Shown here: positions 23,553-36,467 of the stretch, piece after piece | How positions within the stretch are numbered: position 1 is the first letter of the stretch | Layout: the number at the start of each line of letters is the position of its first letter | NCBI GenBank assembly: GCA_010093605.1 | Contig: MU004186.1 | Coordinates: 513,765-577,764 of the forward strand | Reading direction: 5' to 3' | Source of the DNA: Lophium mytilinum | Taxonomy: Eukaryota | Length of the DNA: 64,000 nt | Translations under genes and position numbers: made by a program | Notes under the pieces: model-generated | Seen by the model: only the letters and a program-made list of their open reading frames with translations | Database searches by the model: none | Told to the model about the DNA's origin: nothing

Positions 23553-25450
23553 TCATTTCTGCTCACCTTGGCCTGGTGTTTGCCCCTGCTGTTGGGCGCC
23601 AGCAGCCATGGCGGCATACCAGTATGCGGCGTAGTTCTGGTAGCCACCCCAGACCGCATAGGGATCTTCTCCACCAGCAGCTCCTTGAGGTGGTGGCACC
23701 ATTGAATTTGCTGGTGGAGGAGGCTGACTAGCGTGCTGTACCTGCCCATAGGGCTGCTGTTGCTGTGGTTGTGAGTACGGGTCACCATAGTTTCCGTTGT
23801 CACGTGGTGGGGGTCTCCTGTTGTTGTTCCCACCACCACCATAGCCACCGCCGTTCTTCTCTTTCTAGGTTTCATTAGTAAATAGCAGACTAGAGGTTGA
23901 AATTGATGTACTTACAACCGAGTCAACTTTTTCCCAGATAGCCTTCTTGGCATCTTCAATCGCCTGTCTTGTTCCAACAAGGCCGATTTCACGCTCGATA
24001 TCGGCACCTGATGCTTGGGAGACGTTGATCTTGCATCCGCTAGTGTTCTGCATTTCCTTGATGGTTTCTCCACCTATCTAGCTGTCAGCGAATTCTTTTG
24101 AACGTGTCGGACGGAAAACATACCTTTGCCGATGATCATACCGACAGCATCTGAAGGAACCATAATGGTGTCGTTGACCTTGCCGCCAGCAGCTGCAGGG
24201 GCGTTGGAGTTCGCGAACTGGTCGAAGTTGTCCCGGCGTCCTCCCTCTTGTTGTTGGGTAAGAGTCTTGGTATCACTGTCGACAATCTCCAGAATAAGTT
24301 CCTTAGCTCGGGCAGAAGCTTGTGGCGTTCCGATGAGGTTCACAGGGCGCAAACCATTCACACTCTTGTTCTCGCCAACAATATTGACATGGCAACCGCT
24401 ACGTTCTTGTAGATCTCGAATAGTCTCGCCTCCTCTTCCGATGATCAATCCGACGGTTCTGTCTGGGACCATGATCTGAACACTGTTCTCTCCCTCACGG
24501 AGGGCTGGTTGGTGGGTCTTAGAGCTTGCTCTGGCGCCTCTTGCACCTTGGGCTTCACGGGCAGGATTGCCACCATTCTCTTCGATGATCCGGTTTATCT
24601 CTCGCTTAGCATCGACGCGCGCGCGTGGGTTTCCAGTGATTTTGCATTGACGCTGTGGTCCACCAGCTTCGGGACCAGTGACGAATTGGATGCGAGTTCC
24701 AGTTTCCTCTTCAATGCGGCGGAGGTTCTCGCCCGAGCGACCAATGACTAGTCCCACGAGAGATGATTCGATGACTATAGTCTCAACGTTGTCGTTCACC
24801 GGAGGAGAGCGTCGGCCACCATACGCTCGAGGAGGGCTGAACGTGTCGCGTCCACCACGGGGAGGAGAGCGGGATCTATCTCTCGAGTAACCAATACCAC
24901 CTCGCCTAGGGTCTTCGCGACGATCGTCTCGGTATGGATTATAACTGTCTCTAAGGTTATTTTGCCGTGGAGGAGACCGCGATCGTGAACGCGATCGAAG
25001 GTAAGAACGGCTTGCTAACCTCGGATCATCTCTGGGCCCTATTACAAAAAATGTGAGTGAACGAGCGAATGAGCAACCAGAGTGCAAACATACCAGAGCT
25101 ATTCCTTCCCGAATCGTATTGCAATCCCTTCTCAGCTGCGAAGCCTCGTGCTTTTGCGAGAGCGTCCTGAAGACTCACCGAGCCAGTACTGACGGGTTTT
25201 ATCGCGCTCAAGTCGAGACTGCCGGAGTTCATTGGCTGAGGGAGTCCATACTGGAGGACGGGCGGAGTAGGCGTCTGAATACCATATCCTGGTGGAGGGA
25301 GACCTTGCGGCGGTGGCTGTGAAGAGGTGCCAGCAGGACGCTGCGCAGCTGCGCATTCATTCTGTTAGTGAGGGCGACAGTGGGATGAAAGACTGATCGC
25401 GTACCGAGGGCGGCCAAGATTGCAGAGATATCTGGCTGCTGGGCTGCCAT
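23553..25450 (-). CDS. KH-domain RNA-binding protein (FUBP/KSRP-like, 3 KH domains), multi-exon
   Basis: Three KH GxxG loops (VGLVIGRSGE, VGLIIGRGGE, VGMIIGKGGE), an RS-rich region and a C-terminal DPYAVWGGYQNYAAYW motif. The exact stop codon is less certain. Confidence 0.85.
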
Positions 25451-25989
25451 GGCGCAAGTGTCGCACGTATGCGAGTAACTGTGGTGCTGGGAGGGTGGCT
25501 TAATTAGGCCGATGTGAAGGGGTGGTGGGTGAGGGTGTATAGAGAGAGGACACGGGAAAGAGGTGTTCGAGAGTGAGACAATGAAATGAGTGGAGTGGGT
25601 GGACTGGGTTTGGAACAAGCAAGATGAAGGGCAGGTGGCTGGTCGTGCTTGCGCTTTGGAAGCCGAAGAAAAAGCGGAGGCGCTAGGCTATTCTCGGTTA
25701 CCTGGAATTCTCTTTCACTTTCTTTCCATGCTCTCACAACGCACGGCTAATCACGGGGAACAAAACGTCGAGTTCAAGACAGTCCAAACCCGAGAAGCCC
25801 TAGGTACCAAGTAGTATGTGTTGACCTGGGCTTAACATTCATATTTTGACATCAGTGGCTTGCATTTGCTCTTCATCAGCTCTTCAAGTGGAAGTCTACT
25901 CCAAGGCACGCTGCTTGGATGTATGTATATTCTTACCTACTCTCGCTAAAGTTGTTGAAGCTGTTACTCGAACTCTAGGCAAGATGAAA

Positions 25990-26817
25990 GGGGGCTAGTA
26001 CTGGTACCCCCCCTAATTGGTGCGAGTACACCCCCTTTTTAGTGCGCATACACCCCCCATCTCGTCCAGTCTTCTAATTGGCCCGGAGGGGTCCTCCGAG
26101 GCCTCCAATTCGCTCGCTTAACTCGCCCACGATTTTCGAATGCTCTCGCTAAGTGCGGCGTGCCTACAATCTATCACATCCTCATCCTCATCCTCATGAT
26201 AGCGCTGATCCTGAGCCTTAGCTAGCTCCTTAGCCTTAGCTAGCTCCTTAGCCTTAGGCAGCGCCTGCGCTGCTTCCTATTAAGGAGCTCCGACGTTAGA
26301 TGGCATTGTCCGATTAGTATATGGAGGGGTTAATAGATTAGGATAGCTAGGGAGGCGCGGCGGCGATGTAGGGGGGCCAGGTTTAATGCGGAGAGGCCGT
26401 AATAAGGTAAGGATTTAACTATTTTGGCATGCTTATAGGCATGTAGGCACGTAGGTAGCAATACAACAGCCTATATATACTATAGAAAACGGGAAGTATA
26501 TATAGTAAAACAGGTATGCTGCACAGCCTTGCTATAAGTAGCGTTATGTATGGCCTTACATACAGCTTATATATATAGCCTTATCTACAGCCTTATCTAC
26601 GGCCTCATCTACGGCCTCACGCGCAGCTAAGTATAGGCTGTTAGAAACGGTAAGAATGCACAATGAAATGGAAGGCTGTGCAGCCTCACCATGAAGCGCT
26701 GGAGCAGTGTTCCGAGCCCTCCGGGCCAATTAGAAGACTGGACGAGATGGGGGGTGTACGCGCACCAAAAAGGGGGTGTACTCGCACTAATTAGGGGGGG
26801 TACCAGTACTAGCCCCC
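25990..26817. mobile_element. Non-autonomous long-TIR DNA transposon (Mutator-like), 828 bp, 101-bp TIRs, 8-bp TSD AGATGAAA, RIP-mutated
   Basis: 25990-26090 is the inverted repeat of 26717-26817 with 3 transition mismatches. AGATGAAA lies at 25982-25989 and 26818-26825. The interior is TpA-rich. Confidence 0.9.
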
Positions 26818-27441
26818 AGATGAAAACGTTCTGTATGGCTTCAATGTCTCGGTCCATTTCAAACCGCACTGCCGACTCTCACAAAGATACCGGAGCACCT
26901 CCAGAACAAGGCTGCTGTCGTAGTGCTTTAATAGTATTGATCCAGACCTCTTCCTGGCCGGATGAGCGGTGTCTTCGTCTAGTTCTATAATCAAGGTATT
27001 TTCCCCGGGAGCATTCTCGTGTCGACCAATCGCCAGGCTTCCCGCACCGTGTTCATGCACTCTTTCCTTGGCATCCATACAGTGAACACTCTGCAATCTA
27101 TTTCAATTGGAAGCGTGATAAAGTACCTTGCGCTGTACAGCCCCTAGACGCATGCTGTGGTTGGCGTGCAGGTGGCTGCGAGGGTAACATACGGTACTGA
27201 GAGCTGACGAAAGGGACTTCATTGGCCAGAATAGCCTTTTCAGGGTTATAAAGCCTTTTGTTACTCAGCATTCACGAGATAGACCAACAATAGCATGCGT
27301 CTCGGGGTTGTGAGCAGCCACTCAATGCCGAGAGCACCAACGGAGTGGATTCTGGTGCGACTGCCGCGATTTCTCTTCTCATCAAGCTCTCCTTCCCGAA
27401 CTCAAGACAAATCAACCTCAATTGCTACCATTGTCCATAAT

Positions 27442-28429
27442 ATGCCTCCCCGCTGTTCCAAAGCGCTCCTGTACCTAATCACGGCGTTCCTAGCCACTGT
27501 TACCGCAATTTCAGACGTGATCTATGGCCAACAGCTTCTCGGGCCTCGTTCGGCGTCCCAGGAATCAACAAGACCTTCGACTACCGCGTCGTAGGGGGAG
27601 GAAACACTGGCCTTACAACTGCCGCCCGCCTTTCCGAGGATCCATCAAACCTCGTCGCAGTCATAGAAGCTGGTAGCTTCTACGAATTTGAGAATAGAAA
27701 TTGGAGCGATCTTCCACGTTATAAACCGGTCCTCTCGCTAATGCTGGAGATGACGTTCTAGGTATGTCTCATATCATCCCCTCGAAAAGGCATACTGACA
27801 TCTGCAAAGCTTAGGAAAAGATTCCATCACACCTACGTTCGAAATTTTCAAAAAATACGCTGTCTGACCTTTCAACCTTCTCGAAAGACTGGCCAGAGGT
27901 TAAGTACATCGCTTTCTCTGCATTCCTTGGACCGACACCACCTACGAGCGGAGACTATGCTTCCATAGCCATGGGTCTGGTGGCTCCCTTATCCCGAGGT
28001 TCCATTTCCAGTTCTTCTGCAGATACAGCAGTCCCGCCTATCTTCGATCCTCATTGGCTCACTCATCCGGCGGGCCAGGAAGTTGCCATCGCCGCTTTCA
28101 AACGTATCCGAGAGATATTCGCTTCAAAGGCAATGGCGCCTGTACTTGTTGGCCCGGAAGCATGGCCAGGAAAGAGCACTTCTACGGACGCACAGATCTT
28201 GGCTTTTCTCCAAAGCTCTATTACGACAATGTTTCATGTCGCGTGCACGTGTATAATGGGTAGAGTTGACGATACGATGGCGGTGGTGGACGCAAAAGCT
28301 AGGGTAATCGGAGTGTGGAAGTTGAGGGTGGTGGACGCTTCTGCATTCCCGCTGCTGCCTCCAGGCCATCCCATGTCTACTGTTTATGCGCTCGCGGAAA
28401 AGATTGCTGCTAATATAGTAGGAAAATGA
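27442..28429 (+). pseudogene. Secreted GMC oxidoreductase (AA3) pseudogene
   Basis: Signal peptide, then a frameshift near 27543 before [22 protein letters not shown]...VIEAG. A large internal deletion follows near 27722, and a TAG at 27812-27814 replaces the W of AWEK. The C-terminus LRVVDASAFPLLPPGHPMSTVYALAEKIA is intact. Confidence 0.85.
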
Positions 28430-29105
28430 TAGGGAAGAGAAAGAATGGCACGTAATTGCTTCCCAGATGTCCGAGCGTGCCGACAAGCCAACCTTACCTC
28501 TTTTGCTTTAGCCCAGTAACTTTCTATCGAGGTCACTGCTCACTACTTCCACCTACTTATGTTTTACGTACACTGCATGTACTGTTTCCTATACTTCGTG
28601 AATGAGCCATACCAGGGGCATGGATTTCGCTAACTAAAATTCTCGCAGAAGAAGGGCAAGCATGGACACAATAGTGGCGATCGTACCTCCGCTCTATCTA
28701 TTCCCATTGACTGGCAGCAACTCTGTGCATATGGCTATACTCCGGCCTCTGGTTCAGCTAATTTGGAACAATGGAGTAGTTGGCGGAAGCAAGCGGATCT
28801 TGGCGTTTCAATATGGAGGCATTGAATCAATTATTCCTAGTCTTTCGAGGCCATCCGCATTCTCCACCTTCGGCGCCGAAGAAAGCCGTCTGCCTACTAC
28901 ACCATTGTAGTTTACAGCGATCAATGCGCAGAGTATCGACGATTCAAGAACCCCTTCTTCCTGCAAGAATGAACTTGTTACCAGTTTTCTTCGCTAGAAT
29001 CTTACATAACATGATTCTCTTCCCATATTCATCATGGGAAACAACATCACGCTAGGTACACTACTCAATCTCTATTGCTCGCGTACTCGCGTGCGTAAAT
29101 GTTGT

Positions 29106-29114
29106 TCCTCCAAT
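29106..29114 (+). promoter_or_regulatory. Galacturonic-acid-responsive element (GARE, TCCNCCAAT; GaaR-type site) upstream of pectate lyase
   Basis: Exact TCCTCCAAT about 500 bp upstream of the ATG, a second CCGCCAA core on the minus strand near 28780-28786, and TATAAA at 29497-29502. Confidence 0.55.
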
Positions 29115-29609
29115 CTCCGCTGTCGCCTGACCTACTTCTTGGCCCTCTTGGCCATCTTGGCGTTACAGGTACCCTAGCTACCCGTCTCATCGGTCCGCTC
29201 ACTGTGCAGGCCCTCGGAAACGACGGTCTCCTGGATTCTCCTTGGTGGCTTTTTCCGTGATGTGCCACCATCCCTTACGTCTTCATTGAAACGAAGCCCC
29301 ATTACTTCCGAGAAGGCGCTGAGCCATGGCATCTTCTCTTTCTAGCTTTGTTTCCGTCTCCCTTGTCCGTTTCCTCTTTGCTCAATTGGTGCAAAATTCC
29401 ATGTCGGAGATATTGTAGATCAGTGGTAAACGTGATGTGGACTACTCCATAGTAGCGATGCTAGCACGGTAAGCATTGTGTCTCTGAAGTAGGTGATATA
29501 AAGGTAGCATGAGGACATAGACTTAACAGCACTCACTTCTCATCAACTCTCTTTCATTCTCACTCTCATACATTCTTTCAAGAGCAGGCTCTCTAAACAT
29601 CAAACCATT

Positions 29610-30725
29610 ATGAAGCTTTCTACCCTTCTCGTCTTTGGACTTTCTAGTCTTGCATTGGCAGCCCCGACCCGGACACAACAGAAACGAGGAAGCCTAGCTA
29701 AGCGCGCCTCAGTGACTGAGACACCTACGACTGGGTATGCCACTCAGAATGGCGGAACCACGGGTGGCAAAGGTCGGGAAAGATTCTGTCTTTGCATGAA
29801 AGCACTAGCTGATCTTTTACACAGGCGGATCTACAACCACGGTCTCGACGTACGCTCAATTCACTGCCGCTGTAACGGACGACACTGCACGGATCGTGAT
29901 CGTAAAAGGTACCATTACGAAAGCAGCACAGGTCAAGGTTGGATCCAACAAATCTATCATCGGACAGAACTCCAGTGCTAGTATGTCATTATTTCCTTGC
30001 AACATATCAGGCGCCCTAGAACCGACCCCTCTTCCGGTATACTTGCCACTGATGCTGACTGAGGATCAGAGCTTGTTGGTCTCGGTCTTTACATTAAGTC
30101 TAAGAAGAACGTCATTGTTCGAAACCTCGCTATTTCAAAGGTCCTTGCTGAAAACGGCGACGCTATTGGTATCCAAGCCAGCACCAACGTCTGGGTTGAC
30201 CACTGCGATGTCTCCAGCGACACCGACCATGACAAAGATTACTACGACGGGCTTATTGATGTAACCCACGCGTCGGACTTTGTCACCATCTCGAACACCT
30301 TCCTTCATGACCACTGGAAGGCGTCTCTGGTCGGTCACTCCGACTCTAACGGCGACGAGGACACCGGCCATCTCCGAGTAACATACAACAACAACTACTG
30401 GTACAACATCCACTCGCGCGGTCCCTCTGTTCGGTTTGGAACTGTCCACATCTACAACAGCTACTACCTATCCGTAGACGACGGCATCAACACTCGCGAT
30501 GGCGCCCAGGTGCTTGTGCAATCCAACGTATTTTACGGCTCCTCGAAGCCGCTTTACAGCACCGACAGTGGGTACGCTGTTGCGTCCGACAACGACTTCG
30601 GAGACGGTTCCAATGAGGCTTTGGCTGGTACGCTCAAGACTGTGCCGTACAGCTACAGCCTCCTTGGTTCGTCCAAGACCAAGGCTGCTGTTTATGGAAC
30701 TGCTGGAAACACTTTGTCGTTCTAG
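29610..30725 (+). CDS. Secreted pectate lyase, PL1 family (3 exons)
   Basis: Signal peptide and KR propeptide; GYATQNGGTTGG, VGSNKSIIG, NVIVRNL, NVWVDH, YDGLIDVTH, HDHWKASLVGHSD and RFGTVHIYN. Confidence 0.93.
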
Positions 30726-31193
30726 AGGGCAGGTTCAAGTTTGCAAGAGCTTTTCTTGTGGCGACGAATACGAGGAAGGCTGGGTTTGCTAACACGAAGA
30801 AAAGTTTCATTCTTTTGTCCATATTGCCTTTCTGTTTTCATTTGTCGCAGCATGGCTGCTTATTTATATACATTACGTTCTTGCCTATCAGTCCGGACTA
30901 TTTAGTCCTTTTTGACCTTTGAAGAACCGAACACGCTAGTGAACATGACTTTGATACCAAACTAATCAACCACAAAGTTTGGCTTTTGAATGTCATTCAA
31001 AATCTGGAGGGTGGTATTGTTGTTGAACAGTCTCATTGCTTATGTATCATAATACCGGCTACCCATTACATACACTCATAGCCAGCGCGAAGCTGTGGCT
31101 TCTACCCAAGTGCTCGCCTATCTTTACTGCGTAAACGCTCCGAAAGCCTGAATACAGGACATCACTTCACACCTAGGCATTATTACCATTCGA

Positions 31194-32391
31194 TCATCGC
31201 CCAGTCTTCTGCCTATCCATCTCCTGCCTGAACGCATTCCCAGCAGGCCGGATCCCGTCCTCACTCACCAAGCTTCCCAAGCTATCCTCCCTGAAATGTC
31301 CACGAGGCCTTGTCGGCGGCGGCGACGCCACCTCATCCTGGTACTGTGGCACACCAGATAAATCTCTCTCCTCTAGCTTGATCGCGCCCTTCTTCCCCAA
31401 GCCCATCCGCTGTCTCCTGGACTTCCCCGCACCGTACCCAGCACGTCTACCCATGATATTCCCAATCCCAATCGACCGGTGCTTTCGCATACCAATACAC
31501 AGCCCGATCACCACTAGCGCCACAAAGCCCAGACTGACCGGCAACCCGATCATCAGCCCTAGCTTATTCGGCGCTTTAGTGTGCTCCGGTGGCGTATAGT
31601 GGTAAGCTGGCTTGTCCATAAGCGTGATCGTGGGGCCGTCGTACGGGACCGAGGTCTGCTCCGGTTTGTCGGACTCGAACATGAGGGCGTAGAAGGTCAG
31701 GTTGTACTCGGAGTAGCCCTGCATCCAGGCCTTGTCCATGGTGATGGTCGTAACGCCCCAGCTATTGTCGACGGTGTCGGAGCTCCAGGCTTGCTCTTGG
31801 GTCATGTTGGCGTAGTTGAGCTTGATGGTAATGGTGCTGTTGATGGGGAAGTAGTCGGGGTTCCATGTTACTAGAATTTCGTGTCAGTATAGTTATATTG
31901 GGAGGGTTTGTCTTTAGAGCAAGACTAGAAAGTGATTGCATACTGTAGTAAGTGTTGCCGACATAGAGAGATGATTCGTTGTTCGGTAGACAGAACGGAG
32001 CCGCGCTTGTATCGTGGCAGACGGGGAAGTCATGGCTGGGATTGATCGGGGAGACAGTGCTGCTTGCGACGGCACTTGTTGGAGTCTGGGTTTCTTCTGC
32101 GGTGGTAGTCACAGCAGCGGTGGCTTCTGCAGATTCAGAAGAATCGGCACTGGTTGGCAATGCTGCTTCGAAGGTCGTTGGCGTGCCATCGTTCAATGTA
32201 CTGACAGCAAGAGCAACTGAAGGAGCGGTAGAAGACTCCGTAGTACTAGCTGTACGGGTATGAGCATTTTAGGGTTCGAGAATCAATTGGAATTCCTTAC
32301 ATGCTCTCTTAGCTAGCAGAGGGCCAGCAGACACGCTAAGGAGACTTGTAGACGCCGCCAGAAACGCGGCGAGGCGCGAATTGACGCGCAT
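31194..32391 (-). CDS. Single-pass membrane protein, probably Psg1/DUF4448 family (3 exons)
   Basis: Signal peptide MRVNSRLAAFLAAS, S/T-rich stretch, FPVC...PFCLP...YVGNTYYVTWNPDYF, one TM helix, then RRAGYGAGKSRRQR. Confidence 0.6.
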
Positions 32392-33106
32392 CGTGATATT
32401 AAGAGGGTTTTAATGAAAAGGGGTGGTTTTTCACTGAATTGGTACTCACTGCTCCTTGGAAACCGACAGCAAGACGGCAAGGGTTCATGCGAAGAGAAGC
32501 GAAGGTGTCTCACGAGGGAACGAGGCTTTAAGGCGGGCCGTGAAACTTCCGCCGCTCGATATCAAACAGATTGCTAGCGACCGCATTGGTTTCAGGGGAT
32601 GTTCATAGCTCCTTGGCTCGAGCTCCGGGAACTGTTGATCACTTATGCAAAGCGACTTCCTCCCCAGAGGAAGATCGTAGTCTCTGTTGAAAGAATCGCC
32701 AGAGAGCGTGTAGTTGGAGTATCCAAAGAGCTTGTTTTGATTCAGTGATCTCCACGCTGAGATGATGGTGAATGTCTGCGATGGAGACGAGGGTCTGCTC
32801 CCAATGGAGTTAGCAGTAAACACGGCGCCAAGGGCAATTAAAGTCCGAACCATGGACCCTCTCCCCACAGCATCCCCCATCCTGGTCTTGCCTGTGTGTC
32901 TTCTTCTTCATCCGTTGATTCTTACAAGTCCGTCATCGGCGTGATCTTAGACTGCCCTACGCGCATCTTCCTGTCCCTCCTTGACATCACGTTACCCCTT
33001 CTATACCCCCGCCGCATATCTGGCCGCATTTCTCTACCGAGAGCATTTGTCCGCGCGCTTCTAGGCAACACCACTTCCTCTCGACACCTATCTCACAACC
33101 ATCACC

Positions 33107-33988
33107 ATGCGATTCTCATCCTCGATTGTTCTCGCGCTCCCTGCGCTTGCTCTTGCGCAGGAGCAAGTCCCGCTTGCCGATAAGATCAAGGGCTGGCTAA
33201 ACCAGGCGCAATCTTTCGTCTCGTCTGCTGTGCCATCAGTTCCATCACCTATGGATGCTGGCGCCGCAAAGGTTGCAGAACTCGTCGAGACCAGCTTGAC
33301 CTTGGACAACTGGCAATCAGTGCTTTCTGCCGACCCTTCGGCCACTACTGCGGGGCCTGAGGACTTCATGGTGTACATCACCGGAGGAAATAAGACGTGC
33401 TACGGGCTCTGCGGCAACGCTACTAAGGCTTGGAACGTAAGTATTGCCAAACTGCACCGCGTTCATCCACTGATTATTATAGGAATCCGTTGCTCTTCTC
33501 TCCGCCTCTCCCAGTGCGCCGAAACTTGCTGTTCTCGACTGTGAAAACGAGCCCATCCTCTGCAATGCGTGGGCTGTCGGCCCTCCCTCGATATACTACT
33601 TCTCCATCCCCCACGCGCTCGCCGATCAGTCTGCGTCAGCCCCTCTCGCGTACTACATTCTCCTCAATAGGACCTCTGTTACCGCCTCCGAGATCACTGC
33701 GATTCCGACCAAGGAGACTTACAAGTCCGCCGCACCGTATGAGGGTATCTGGCATCCATTCACCGGGTTGATCGCGCAGTATCAGTTGGGCATGCCGATC
33801 GGTTACGTTATCTGGGGCTTCTCCAAGATGCCATCGTGGCTTCCCATGATCCTCATCAGTTTCTTCAGCAGATCGTTCATGTGAGAGTTCGATTCCAAAG
33901 CTTCTTTTGTAAAGATTGCTAATCAAAATCCAGGGGTCGACGAGCGGCAGCTCCTCAAGGCGGCGCAGCTCCAGCGGCCGCTACCTAG
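33107..33988 (+). CDS. Conserved fungal secretory-pathway protein with thioredoxin-like CxxxC domain and C-terminal TM helix (3 exons)
   Basis: Signal peptide, ITGGNKTCYGLCGNATKAWNES, LDCENEPILCNAW and a C-terminal hydrophobic segment PSWLPMILISFFSR. Confidence 0.7.
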
Positions 33989-34417
33989 GCAAACAGAGTA
34001 ATCAATAACCCCGGAGATGACTTGGATCGCAGCTGTTCAATCTACGATGTACATTGAATGCGCTGAATGTTGAATAAGGCTATCGGCTCAGAGGAGTCGA
34101 AATTGGGACGATGGGTACGGTGTTCATGTCTGGAAGAATACAGCGTCCAGGGAATGGCTTTATGCGTTATTTAATAGTGATTAAAGAAGAGGAATTCTTT
34201 AGTAATGTGATTTCAATAAAGGTACAATGCTCTGTGCCATCTTATCGGTGAACCTGCAAGTAGTTGTTCGCGAGTCTACATGTGTTTATCTAGAATGTCA
34301 CGTGCTTCATAAATTACGTCGGCCCGACCGCATCCCGGTATATCAAATTCTCGAAGATCCATCCCGCGCTTCTGCACTCCCGCTTCCACCTATTCCATGA
34401 CCAACAAGACATTAAGA

Positions 34418-35181
34418 ATGGTGAGCATATTACAGCGCATGCGAAAGCTAAAAACCGTAAGCTTGACATTCCCAAAAGACCCTTCTGTCTCAATTGCCAG
34501 TTAACATCCTCACAGAAGGTATCATCACCCCCGTCAGCGTCTCTCCATTCCTATCGCTCATGCGACCTCTCTAGCTTCTCGCAATACGAATTGGACCCGG
34601 CGCTGTAATACTACCTAAAGACGTCAAGAAGATAAACTTAGAGTTCGCGAAACACATTGAGGGTGGGCATAGGGGCGCGCGGTATGATAACTCTATATTC
34701 ACACGAACACAGCTCGACCGCCTTCCCAATCGTCGGAATAGCTTGGACAGGAGCGCTGACAGCATGCCTCTACAGTAAATTCTGGCGCGATATACTCCCT
34801 AGACTGAAATACCGCAACCCCGCGATCCCCATGACCGTCTCCCGCCACGAAACCCCAACAGGCCCATCCGTCTTGACTGTTACCTTCACCACACCTACCC
34901 CGGCGGCGGGCTCCTCCACAGATGCGACTCCCGTGAAGCTCGAAGCGAGGCCGCCCTTGAAGATCGATATGAGGAACAGGGTGGAATCGGAGATTCTGAA
35001 TGAGCTGGTGAAAGCAACGGGCGGCACGGAGGTGGCACCGACAGAAGTAGAGCTGGAGGAGAAGAGGGAGCTAGAGGAGGAAGCGGAGAAAAGTTCGAGG
35101 GATCGGGAGAGGAGTTTGGTGGTGCGGAGGGAAAGGAAGAGGGAGGAGGAGATGCTAAAGGCTGCGAGAGGTGTTGCTTAA
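34418..35181 (+). CDS. MRP49: Mitochondrial ribosomal protein mL61/Mrp49 (exons 34418-34456, 34516-34518, 34575-34681, 34776-35181)
   Basis: LLAIRIGPGAVILPKDV...GHRGARKFWRDILPRLKYRNPAIPM, an L51/S25/CI-B8 domain. Confidence 0.85.
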
Positions 35182-35452
35182 GCTGCTGGAGACAATCTTT
35201 ACGTGTAAAATACGGGTTGGAAACGCCAATTGATGGAAGACGAGGCTGTATCGCTGCCTACCAGTGTGCACGCTGTACCATATGGGCTGTAGGATAAAGA
35301 CGGGCATGGGTGGAGTTCCAAGGCTGCTGTGCATACTGCATGATATATTTCATGTTTTTCGACCATAGAGTATCGCCACGTGCAACAGTTTCGGCGTGAC
35401 TAAGTGGATATCGTCTCGTTCATTAATTAGCTCGCTGAAACAACCATCCTTC

Positions 35453-36467
35453 TCAAGACACGACACCACCCCTCCACCAAGCAGAAGCTCCCAGAACGAA
35501 CACAACCACCATTGCATCTGCCACTACCGTCCGCCAAATGACACTGTACCGGCCCACGACGCGTACATATCCAGCATACGGCTCCGGCAGTATCTGCGCC
35601 ACACTCCCAAGCAAATCCGACGGCGGTAGCATGCCCCGCTCCAAGAAGTACCGACTCGACTGCATCACAACCTCGAACGTCGCAAACGCGTAGAAGAAGT
35701 GCGTCAGCGTAGCCGCAGATGTCCCCTCTTCATCTGCCCACGACTCCGATCCCACTCCCTGCGTGCGAGCCAGCTTCGAGCCCGTGAACGATGTAGTGAG
35801 CGTAATGTATATCGCTAGGCCCAACGAGAACAGCGCGTGGATTATCCGCCACAAGTAGGCAGAGCTCGAGGCTGGTGGGGCAGGTTCGCCCTGTCCCATA
35901 CCACCAAGCATCTGTGCTAGGCCGGGAGGCATACCGGGCGGTATCTGAGGATTGTTTGGGTCGCCGCCTCCAGCTCCAGCGCCGCCCATCATTTGCTGGA
36001 GCATCGCCATCATCGGGTCGTCATTCGGGTTGCCGCCTGGGGGCGGGAAGGGTGGTGCTTCAGTGCCATTGAAGCTGAAGGGGTTTGGCTGGTTGGGTGT
36101 TGAGGGAGGGAGGCGAGGTTGGGTTTGCGGGGTGTAGTAATGCTGTGAGATGTCTACTTCGTCGGGGTCGTCATGGACGGAGGCGGGCTGTGGTCTTGAG
36201 GATGGAGGTGTCGCGGCTATAGAGACGTATGGTCAGCTAGGTTTTCTTGTGAAGCTGGTGCATAGAGTCTTTCTCACCTGCAGCTGCTTGAGCGGGTGGA
36301 GGGACTGAAGGTGCGTGTCCTCCATTTAGAGATGTGATCGCCTGGAGTCGAGAAGCGCCTCCAGCCTTGATTTTTGCATCTCGTCGTTCTCGTCGTAGAC
36401 GGGCTTGCTCTTGACCTGGTGTGAGTTTGGTTGCCGGAGCTTCTGGCGTTGGTGTTGGTGATTCCAT
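35453..36467 (-). CDS. GET2: GET complex subunit Get2/CAML-like ER membrane receptor (2 exons)
   Basis: N-terminal QARLRRERRDAKIKAGGASRLQAIT motif, DPDEVDISQHYY, a G/P-rich linker and three C-terminal TM segments. Confidence 0.8.
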
